A stretch of DNA of 64,000 nucleotides from Histomonas meleagridis 2922-C6/04-290x (lineage: Eukaryota > Protista > Parabasalia), in assembly GCA_020184695.1 (NCBI GenBank), contig JAANOX010000258.1, positions 648,676-712,675 on the forward strand, written 5' to 3'. The position numbers and the translations under genes are program-made. This document shows, in pieces, positions 45,922-55,223 of the stretch. The notes below the pieces were generated by a model. That model was not told the origin of the DNA and made no database searches. It saw nothing but the letters and a program-made list of their open reading frames with translations. How positions within the stretch are numbered: position 1 is the first letter of the stretch; each line of letters begins with the position of its first letter.

Positions 45922-46484
45922 ATGAGTTGGAAAACTTGCGTCGTAAACCGAAATTATGAGATTAACACAGAATACCCTTATGCCATTAGAAGAAAAAATG
46001 ATAAAAAAATCATTAAAGAATTTTCAATTAAAACTACCGGTTATATTGCATGTAAATTAAACAGAAAATTATATCTTAAACATCGTATTGTTGCATTTAC
46101 AATTTATTCCAAATCCTGATGACAAACCTTTTATAGATCATATAGATCACAATCGTTCAAACAATCACGTTTCAAATCTCCGTTGGGTTTATCAGTCAGA
46201 AAATCTAAAAAATACTTCTTCATATAGCGATAGAGCTTTTGAATTCTTCGACGAAATCAATGAAGATTCAATTGAAGTTTTTAGAATACGGTAACCATAA
46301 ATTTAAAGATTATTATTATGATCCTGAGCTTGATTCTTTCTTCTTCTGGAACGACATTAAATTTAGAAAATTAACAATCTGTTATGATAAGCGCGGTTTG
46401 GCATTTGTTAGAGCGTATGACGTGAATCATAAAAAAGTACAAGTACGTTATAAAAAATTCATGAAACTTTACGGATTATTATAA
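45922..46484 (+). pseudogene. HNH endonuclease, full-length right-arm copy with frameshifts
   Basis: Three overlapping track ORFs (45922-46119, 46088-46294, 46239-46484) join to ~187 aa. Confidence 0.85.
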
Positions 46485-46860
46485 AACTTAGTTTAAATAA
46501 TTTATTTTTTTGTCATATTCTTTTTGCGTTAAATCCTTCAAAAAATGCTTATTTTCTCCGATTCGTTGAGGGTTCACTTTTTGGTTAAAGTTAACCCTCA
46601 AAATTTTAACGGTACTTTTTAAGTTCAAAACACTAAAATCCACATAGAATTTACAACTTTCGACAGAGAATTAACATTAAATTCTTTCCGATAAATCAAC
46701 CGTCAACTTTTGCGTTAAAGCCTTCAAAAAAATGCTCATTTTCTCCGTTTCGTTGAGGGTTCACTTTTTGGTTAAAGTTAACCCTCGAAATTTTAAACAG
46801 TACTTTTTACATTCACAACCTCAGTTAATAACAACTTTCCACATAGCATTAACAACAACT

Positions 46861-47500
46861 CATCCGTTATAGTTAGCAGCTCCCGTAAACTCACGATTTT
46901 CACGTCATTTCACAAGATTTGAGAAACTCACATAACAATATTAAATTTCCTTTAGCTAATCGCAATATTACCTGGTAACTACCTGGTATATCAAGTTATC
47001 AGGTAGCATAGGATTAACAACAAAACACTAAAATCCACATAGGATTAACATCAAAACACAACATTCGACATAGAATTTACAACTCATCCGTTATAGTTAG
47101 CAGCTCCCGTAAACTCACGATTTTCACGTCATTTCACAAGATTTGAGAAACTCACATAACAATATTAAATTTCCTTTAGCTAATCGCAATATTACCTGGT
47201 AACTACCTGGTATATCAAGTTATCAGGTAGCATAGGATTAACATCAAAATACTAAAATCCACATAGGATTAACATCAAAACACAACATTCGACATAGAAT
47301 TTACAACTCATCCGTTATAGTTAGCAGCTCCCGTAAACTCACGATTTTCACGTCATTTCACAAGATTTGAGAAACTCACATAACAATATTAAATTTCCTT
47401 TAGCTAATCGCAATATTACCTGGTAACTACCTGGTATATCAAGTTATCAGGTAGCATAGGATTAACAACAAAACACTAAAATCCACATAGGATTAACAAC
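46861..47500 (+). repeat. 224-bp unit x3 in the right subterminal region (one copy in the left arm)
   Basis: catccgttatagttagcagctccc starts at 46861, 47085 and 47309. Confidence 0.92.
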
Positions 47501-47697
47501 AACTCAGCCGGATTAATGCCTCACACATTTTAAATATAAATGTCATCATGAATTTAAATATATTTTATTACTTTCAATCAAAACCAACAGATTTATGATA
47601 ATTCAATCGATTTTAGCCGTTCATCCTTTAGTTTATGTAGCGCGAGTGGGAGCGAGTGCGTAGCACGAAGCTCACATAGCGCTGTGTGTGTGTGTGT

Positions 47698-49220
47698 AAA
47701 GCCTACAGTATTATATAATGCTATTACTGACGAAAGTACTTTTAACATCAGATTCACCATAAATGGCAAAAATGATGTTTATTCCAAATATTGTCGATTT
47801 ATTAATCAATTAGTATTCTTATATAATTATCGTATAACTGTAGTTTTATGAGTACATAGTGTTTCTGACTTTTTCCGACATTTCTTCTTATTCCTCAACA
47901 CTAAATATTTCATAAGCTTTAAATAGAGTTTTTATTACTGAGTTTAAAACATATATTGTTCCAATGACACAAAATTAAACGCCAACAAATGACATTTTAA
48001 TATAAAAATTTTATTTTTACAAAATGTATAATAATGTAATTGACTAAACAATATCTTTTTATGATGCGGCACACTATAATAGAATAGACGTTAATCTTTC
48101 ATCACCACAAGACTTGCCAAAATAATTGTTACATCATCAACGACAAAATGTTCCATAGTAGTTATTGAGAAAGATGATTCTATACAGATTAACGGGGAAA
48201 AATATCATTTCACGACTAACTACACAGATCTTAACTCACATACATTTATACTCCTGTTAAACTCACTTATTCAAGACTCTGGTGTTACTTCTGAAGTCGA
48301 TGAGGCTGGAAGAATTGTTTTCAGCTCCGACACTGCTTTTACTATTAACTCTGCATTATATAATATTATTCAGATATCCGGATTATAATCACAAGTACTT
48401 CCTATTCCTTCATCTTATAATGACAAATATGAAATAATTGCTGAAAGTGTCGGTAAAGGCTCTTGAAATAATACTTCTTACTGAGCAGCTAACTTTAAAT
48501 TAGTGTAACTCTTTCCGCTACCCATCGATGCGATAAAAGCACTTATTCCTTTCTGAGCACAATAGTATTTATCGTGAATCGGCTTAATTAACGCATAATT
48601 TTATGCTTCTTCATTATTAATTTTACTAATTTTATTAAATTGTATTTCAATCTCATCAAATTTTTTATCTACTTCAGATGATTTATTTTTTCGCATTATC
48701 TGAATTTTATAAAAATTATTTTTTTACGGATAAGTGAATGGAAGATACCCAAAACTATTTAATGAGTGAGTACGAAGTACAAGACTACGCTGCTGTTGAA
48801 TTTAAATATAATCACTCTAGAAACATTAAATTGGATGAGAAATCAGGAAAATATATTATCCAGCACGTTATTCTTGTCTGAATAAAATTTTATGACAAAA
48901 CATTAAAGGTGTTACAGTCTGCTAACATCAAATTTGTTAATAATGTTTTGGCAAAAGTGTGTGAAAAGAAATTAGTAAATATAGCTCCCGCAGAACTTGA
49001 TAATAAATTTATGGCGGCAAGATCTGAAATTATTAAACCAATTACTGATGAATTAATTTGTAAAATGAATGACATAGGAAGCAAACTTAGATCTGTAGAG
49101 AGTTATTCGGTCAAAGCAAATGCTAATATTTTAATATCTGATCAATTTATAGGTGAATTAATTAAAATTTCTGATTCCACAATCATTAATACAACTGAGA
49201 AACAGCAATTTGAAATATGA
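47698..49220. mobile_element. Older, degenerate Maverick-like element, right remnant
   Basis: Resumes the interrupted gene (KPTVLYNA...CRFINQLVFLYNYRITVVL*), then penton-like 1 (48034-48450), an ATPase 5' fragment with SMGSGKS (minus, 48455-48697) and the 176-aa gene homolog (48738-49220). Confidence 0.88.
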
Positions 49221-49856
49221 TTTGGTGGAACTGGGCGCTGATGGAGCAGCTTTGTCTGCGACTCGAATCAAATTTATTTTTCCCATTAATGGGAATAATG
49301 AGTTACTCATAACTTTCGTCCTTTTATTTTTATTCAAAACTCCAGGCTTAACTTCTGGCATTCAATTATGACTCATTATTGAAGAATTATGTGTTAAAAG
49401 TCATACCTACACTTTTTATGTGATTTACACGTTGAAACTTATGAAAAAACAGTGTTTTCAGTGATTTTCGAAACTAATGGAATGATCATTTTTTTGTTCA
49501 GCTCTGGCGTTCAATTTTGACTCATTTTTGGAGGATTCTGCAACCGACACATGTATCAGATAGAATGACGCTTTCTAAACCTTCAGACATTTTTTGGTTC
49601 AGCTTTGTCATCACTAAAAATCATGAAAACCGCTCACAAATGAACCATAAATGCTTGATTACCTGATGAAAAATAAAATGAGGCGCACATCAAAACAAAC
49701 ATAAATGATTGATGACTTGATGTAAAATAGTGAGTAAAACAAATGGGTATCATATGGTAGCGACGCAGGAGCGGACCAAAACACACGTTCGGGTAACATC
49801 TATGATCAGCTTAGCCGAGGCGATGCATATCACGCTAAGGCGAATAATATGCTGTA

Positions 49857-49934
49857 TGTTGATCCTATTTGTGTTCCAAATCCTGCTGATCCTGTTTGTG
49901 TTCCAAATCCTGTTGATCCTGTTTGTGTTCCAAA
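49857..49934 (-). repeat. 27-bp tandem repeat x3 (GFGTQTGST on the minus strand)
   Basis: TGTTGATCCTGTTTGTGTTCCAAATCC units. Confidence 0.9.
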
Positions 49935-50100
49935 CATGTATTTGACATAAAATTTATCTCACAAAAAAAACGACATTTTAAATCCATACAATTCTGAAGT
50001 TTGACGTGGTTCCCACCGAAACTTGCTTAAAAACATCAGAAAAAAAAATATTTTTTATATTAGAAGATATTTTAATAAGCTTTTATTATATACAATAAAT

Positions 50101-50766
50101 TTATGAAAGAAACATTTCAGAATCAAGCATTATGTTTTGAGTGCCAAATAAAGGCTGCAGGAACAAAAGTGCGACAAATTCTACAATTATATTTATCAGA
50201 TGCCATATTGTTAATATAATCGAAATTACTTTGTTCGCTATATCTCCTTGTTGAAATGATGCAATTACGTAAAGAACACCAACTGTACCTGTGCCAGGAA
50301 TTCCTGCCAAATAAATAAGTAAAATAAAAATCGTGAAGCATTGCACAGGAATTGATGTTTTGTTTGGAATCTCGTTTTTAAGTGATGTATAAATTGGAAA
50401 GTACTGAACATAAAAAATCAAAGCTGTTCCAATTATAAAGTTGACAATGGAAAGAATAATTTCTTTCCATACTTTCATACCTGTAAGAGAATTAACACTT
50501 TCAAAATTAGAACTAAAAAATGAAGCAAAAACTGAAAAAAGTAAACACCAACTTACGGACCTGGCTGCATTAAACGAAAGTCGGGCAACAAATGCATGCT
50601 TTGGCCGAATTTCTAAATTGATATTATGATATACTATTGGAAATAAAAATGGAAAATTAGGACGTTGCTGTCCTTCTTGTTCTGACGTTTCACGTTCAAG
50701 ACCATCAAGAGCATTACCATCTGGAAGAGAATTACTGAAAACAAATGGATTTGGAAGTGTGCTCAT
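50101..50766 (-). CDS. SCAMP-family secretory carrier membrane protein
   Basis: N-terminal NPF motif (TLPNPF), RPNFPFLFPIVYHNINLEI and four hydrophobic helices; ATG at 50766. Confidence 0.75.
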   Translation of the reverse strand: MSTLPNPFVFSNSLPDGNALDGLERETSEQEGQQRPNFPFLFPIVYHNINLEIRPKHAFVARLSFNAARSVSWCLLFSVFASFFSSNFESVNSLTGMKVWKEIILSIVNFIIGTALIFYVQYFPIYTSLKNEIPNKTSIPVQCFTIFILLIYLAGIPGTGTVGVLYVIASFQQGDIANKVISIILTIWHLINIIVEFVALLFLQPLFGTQNIMLDSEMFLS

Positions 50767-51846
50767 GCGGTTTAAAAAGTACGATAAAGAAATGGGGCAC
50801 CCTTGTTTTATGGCAGTTGAAAAAAAAAAGCTCTTTTCTATAATTATAATCTCAAAAACAGTAAAATACAAACTAAAATGTAATGCAATTTGGTACGTAT
50901 TTTTAACTTGTAACTTAGTGAACTTTTATCTAAATTAAATTTAATGAAGTTTCTAAAATTTTTTTACTGTAACTGTTAATACTATTATTCTTATTGTTTA
51001 TTCTAATGGGGAAATACAAACTACTATACTTTTTAACAGGAAAAAAACATATAAATAGACTTCCTCGTTGTTGTTGACTACTTTACTTACGTTGGTTTTG
51101 AAGTCTAGACACTTTTTGTATAAACGGCTTCTTCAAAAAAAATCCCACTTCATGAAAAGCTTATTTTGCCATAATTAATTATTTTTATGTTTAATCAGCT
51201 TTCTTCAAGTGCGAATGAATACGAATTGGCGCGGCTTTATGACAGCACTTACAATACTTGCATATTCATTGCAAGGAAAAAAAAAAAAAATATCTTCTCA
51301 AGTTTGTTTCCTGCTAGATATAAACGTTGGTCTAGAAAGTCAAATCCAATCTGAAATTTAACATCCTTACATCCTATGTAAAGCCTATTTCGGAACAATT
51401 TAATTATGACAACTACAGAGTTTTAGTTGAACAAGTAATTTTGTTGCAATATCATGAAATGAAAAATTTAATTCAATAAAAGATTGAAAAATTTCAACAA
51501 AAACGATTAAATTCTTTTGAGATATTTCTTTGCGAAGCATCGGTTCTTTGGAATTGTTCTTGGGAAAGAGAGGATTAAAAAAGAATCTCTTTACTCAAAG
51601 GCAAAGCCCTTATTTGTTGAAGAAAAAGAAGGAGGATTATGATATATGTAAACTGTGCATATCCTAATTATTTTAATAAAAAAACTTTGAATGTTTCTGG
51701 CTTGGTTTATATGTTTATTATTTAGCAAATACTGCGCATTTTGGTAGACAAAAATCTGTTTCTTTCTGGTTTTTATTTCTGAAATGAGAAGTTTGTGTGT
51801 TATTCACTTTTTGATAGCTTAAAAATTATCCTATCAAAAATTCTTA

Positions 51847-53664
51847 TTGAAAGAGGTAGAAAATTCTGTCACTTTTCTTAATGCTACCATGACCCATAAT
51901 CTTCCGATGGCTTTTAATGGACTACAATATAATAATAGTTGGGGAAATGTTAGAACATCTGAAATAGGATCTATGCCTTCAGGGGTTTACAATTTATTTT
52001 CAAATGGTCAATTTTTATTTTTTACAGCAAAGAAAAGTTTTTTCCTATTCATCCCCAACTTTACTCCTATCCTTGACCCAACTAAGAGCAACACTGTCAT
52101 CTTGATAAACATGGCATTTAATTCAATCAAATATAATGTTAAGTTTTCAGGAAAAGAGAAATGTGATAAATTCGTCAAGTGCTTCTTCGAATCATTAGGA
52201 AGATTTGAAAGTTTCTTTCGTAATTCTGATATGAATGATTTTATTAATGTTGAAGAAATCGAATGCCTGTTGCCAGGAGCTAAAGCTGTCGAAAGCATTT
52301 TAATTTCCATACAGATCAAACAAAATCGCTTTTTTTTCCAAACACATTATACCAAAAATGGCATGATATATGTCGGATCAGAGTATGTTTTAGATAAAAA
52401 TTCATATGTTTCTACCCTTACTTCGCGACCTAAGGTATTAAAGAAAGACAAAACATTATATACTCGTTCATTTCAATTGATGGATATTGGAAATCTCGAT
52501 AATTGCTATACATTTATTACAAAAGATGAGTCCCAAGCAATGAAGTGGATTCTCATCTTTTCCATTTCTGCACTTTGCAATAAAATCCAAAGATTAGATA
52601 ATAAAGATATTATTGTCAAAGAAGCACCTGTGTCACCCATTGATGATGTCATAAAGAAATTAAAGTCCGAAGACGTCTCCTCTTTTGAATTTTATGTCAC
52701 CAAAGACATACCAAAATCACCATATATTCCATTTTTGAATGGGTTATCTGAACTAACGACAAACAAGCAAAACGCAAGTGAACGGTTTTGCTTTTTAATT
52801 ATATCATTCTTTCTTAATGGTCTCAAAGACCAAAACCTTTTTTTAGCTTTCATTGATTCACTCAAAAAGTTACACATTTCGGGGCACCCCTATTCTACAG
52901 AAGTTAATTCGACTTCACTTTCAAAAATTCTTCAACAATCACAACAAGAAACTGATTCAAGCAAACAAGTTTCTATGTTTATCTCAACCATCATCCATGA
53001 TAATCTATTACAATTTTTACTCAACATTATTCTTCAAGTCGGACATGAATGGCTTCAAGATTATTATATACCATATTCATTAATAATGAGTAAGAAATCA
53101 ATTTTAAAAGCGATAAAAATCATTGAAACATTACCCAAAGACGTTTTTCTTGTTCAACCACAAAACGATTATTTAACAAATTCTAACACAGAAGAAATTG
53201 AAGAATACATTAATAATCCGACTTATTTATTTTGTTGTTTAGATAATGCTAACATTAAAAACATTATCTCAGTAATGGTATCGATATTTAGTGATGGGAT
53301 TCGTATTAAAGAATCTTCATGTACATTAGGGCCATGGAAATTCATTTTAGCGTTTGTACAAAACAAAAAAAATCGAATCGATGATAGTATACTTTGCGAT
53401 TTCTTGGAAATGATCGAGAAATTATCAAACTCAAACATTCTGGATGCTGATAGATACTTCGGTACACCTTTGGAGGAAATGATTTATAAGGGTTTGAAGT
53501 CGCAAATGTTGTTCGTCTGGTTCCTGTTGTTAATAGCAGACAAAAGTTTAGTAGAAAAATATTATTTTAAGGCGTCATGTATGTACGATGATTTCCGTGC
53601 ATTCCATGTGGCAGCTTTCCTACAAACAAAGGGGAAAATGTTGTCTTTAATAAGCGTGTCGTAA
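51847..53664 (+). CDS. Hypothetical protein, possibly with two RUN-like domains
   Basis: 605-aa ORF (start codon uncertain); FFLNGLK...; IFSDGIR...PWKF...MIYKGLKSQMLFVWF...KYY resemble RUN-domain blocks (inference). Confidence 0.5.
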   Translation: MKEVENSVTFLNATMTHNLPMAFNGLQYNNSWGNVRTSEIGSMPSGVYNLFSNGQFLFFTAKKSFFLFIPNFTPILDPTKSNTVILINMAFNSIKYNVKFSGKEKCDKFVKCFFESLGRFESFFRNSDMNDFINVEEIECLLPGAKAVESILISIQIKQNRFFFQTHYTKNGMIYVGSEYVLDKNSYVSTLTSRPKVLKKDKTLYTRSFQLMDIGNLDNCYTFITKDESQAMKWILIFSISALCNKIQRLDNKDIIVKEAPVSPIDDVIKKLKSEDVSSFEFYVTKDIPKSPYIPFLNGLSELTTNKQNASERFCFLIISFFLNGLKDQNLFLAFIDSLKKLHISGHPYSTEVNSTSLSKILQQSQQETDSSKQVSMFISTIIHDNLLQFLLNIILQVGHEWLQDYYIPYSLIMSKKSILKAIKIIETLPKDVFLVQPQNDYLTNSNTEEIEEYINNPTYLFCCLDNANIKNIISVMVSIFSDGIRIKESSCTLGPWKFILAFVQNKKNRIDDSILCDFLEMIEKLSNSNILDADRYFGTPLEEMIYKGLKSQMLFVWFLLLIADKSLVEKYYFKASCMYDDFRAFHVAAFLQTKGKMLSLISVS

Positions 53665-53969
53665 ATATTTTGTGGTTTAATTAATTGAGCTGAAATTATT
53701 TTTTTTTTTGTTTGGTTTCTATCGGAGGAGGTTTTGGATCAAAAGTAATTTAAAATCGGATTTTTTCTGAAGAACGATGCGAAATTGAACACTTCGATTG
53801 AATTTAATTAATTATTGGAACGATGGGTATCGTAGAGGTTATGCACTGAAAATAAGTTATCGGCTATTGCTGAAACAATGAATTTCAACTGATTACTGTT
53901 TATTTCCATTGATTAGATGATGAAGAATATGAATTTCATTTGAAATGAGGTTGATAAGTATGTGGACGT

Positions 53970-54728
53970 TTATCTATTGTTTCGCCGAAAATTGGTGTTC
54001 CTTTGATTTGTGAGAATAAGCTGCTCGAGTTTGTGCTTTTCTTCAAGGAGGTCGTTGATTTTTTGTGCAAGTTTTGCTTGACGAATTGTATGTGAATAAC
54101 GCATATTTTCAAGTTTAATTCTAAGTTCTTGAATTGTTTCATTTTTATTAGAGGAACTAAAAGAATTTTTTCTTTTGGTGAGATCTGAAACTTCACGAAG
54201 GAGTTCCTTACATTTATCTAAGAATTCTTCATTCGTGGTACAACATTTAAAATAATCGATTTTTTGTATTTCTTCATTCACAGTTTGATCACCTAATTGT
54301 AAAGATGATTTTTTTACATCAGAATAATTTTGCAAAATTGAATTTAGATTTGTTAGTTCGGGATTGTTATTTCGTAACTCCGGATTTCTTTGGGTCAGAG
54401 AATTAATGACTGAAATCAAACTCTTTCTTTTTTCTATGTCTTCCCTTAATTGTTGATTCTCAGCTTCTAATTTGCTTACATCCATTTGAAGGCATTCTGT
54501 TGTAGATGAAATTGCTTTTGTTATAGCAGAAACATCCGAGGTTAATTTTTCTATTTCTATTCTTGAAGCTAAATTTTGTGCAGAAATCTTTTCTATTTGT
54601 TTATTCAACTCATTGATTTCATCCACAACATCTTGCTTAAAAATGTGTGACTGTTTTGGCTGATTTGCAAAAAAACTTCCATATAAGCTAGATGAATGAG
54701 AAGAAGAAGAATCCTCAGACAGAGACAT
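53970..54728 (-). CDS. Coiled-coil hypothetical protein
   Basis: 252-aa ORF with heptad-rich composition. Confidence 0.7.
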   Translation of the reverse strand: MSLSEDSSSSHSSSLYGSFFANQPKQSHIFKQDVVDEINELNKQIEKISAQNLASRIEIEKLTSDVSAITKAISSTTECLQMDVSKLEAENQQLREDIEKRKSLISVINSLTQRNPELRNNNPELTNLNSILQNYSDVKKSSLQLGDQTVNEEIQKIDYFKCCTTNEEFLDKCKELLREVSDLTKRKNSFSSSNKNETIQELRIKLENMRYSHTIRQAKLAQKINDLLEEKHKLEQLILTNQRNTNFRRNNR

Positions 54729-54729
54729 C

Positions 54730-55205
54730 CTTTGTCACTTTTCGTAAACATATTGTCAAAAAGGTTGAAATTCCGAACTGAGCTTGAAAAAATTATTTGC
54801 AGTTTAACTGAAGAAAACTTACAACAGTCCGCTGAAAAAGTATTGGAATTCTTTGATACAAATTTTCCAAATACATTTAATATAATAATAATAATTAACA
54901 TATTTTATAATACATTTTCATCACCAAGCATGTGTCTGATGATATTTATTTAAATTTTTTAAAAGCACTTCAAACTAAAGAAGAAGAAATTAATTAAAAT
55001 ATATCTCAGTTTTTACCAAACGTATATCAACAATGAACACACAAGCATCATATTATTTAATCAGGAAACTAATTGAACAAAATTTAATTGATAAAAATAT
55101 CACTAAAAACGTTTACTCAAAATTTTTTGCATATGAAACAGAAATTATGTTTCATCGAAATGATATCTTTAAATATATGTTTATGAGATTGGGTAACTTT
55201 TTTTA
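54730..55205 (+). pseudogene. Truncated, degenerate DUF3447-type gene fragment
   Basis: ELEKIICSLTEENLQQSAEKV...FPNTFN, YLIRKLIEQNLID and EIMFHRNDIFKY match the ankyrin genes at 8146 and 15965, but frames are broken and the middle is deleted. Confidence 0.65.
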
Positions 55206-55223
55206 ACGACCGTTAAAAGCAAT

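Larger units (their letters stand above)
28336..47697. mobile_element. Maverick/Polinton-like element, non-autonomous fold-back derivative (19,362 bp)
   Basis: Termini ACACACACACACACAGCGCTATG.../...CATAGCGCTGTGTGTGTGTGTGT; 5-bp TSD AAAGC (28331-28335 = 47698-47702); A32/FtsK-type packaging ATPase, HNH nuclease, capsid-like and fibre-like genes. Confidence 0.9.
38598..47697 (-). repeat. Right arm of giant inverted repeat (9,100 bp)
   Basis: Mirror of 28336-36832 with scattered substitutions, homopolymer indels and arm-specific deletions or expansions. Confidence 0.93.

Noticed and set aside
38229-47500. 63-bp and 224-bp repeats as CRISPR arrays
   Set aside because: They are contiguous tandem repeats without unique spacers, the context is eukaryotic, and no cas genes are present.
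28336-47697. Giant inverted repeat as a fold-back read or assembly artefact
   Set aside because: The perfect TSD, the resumption of the interrupted outer gene on the far side, and arm-specific deletions and patches would not arise from a chimeric read.
51200-51846. Possible upstream extension of the 51847 gene, with or without 17-nt inserts
   Set aside because: All frames contain stops and I could not parse a 17+3 pattern; at most this is decayed coding sequence.
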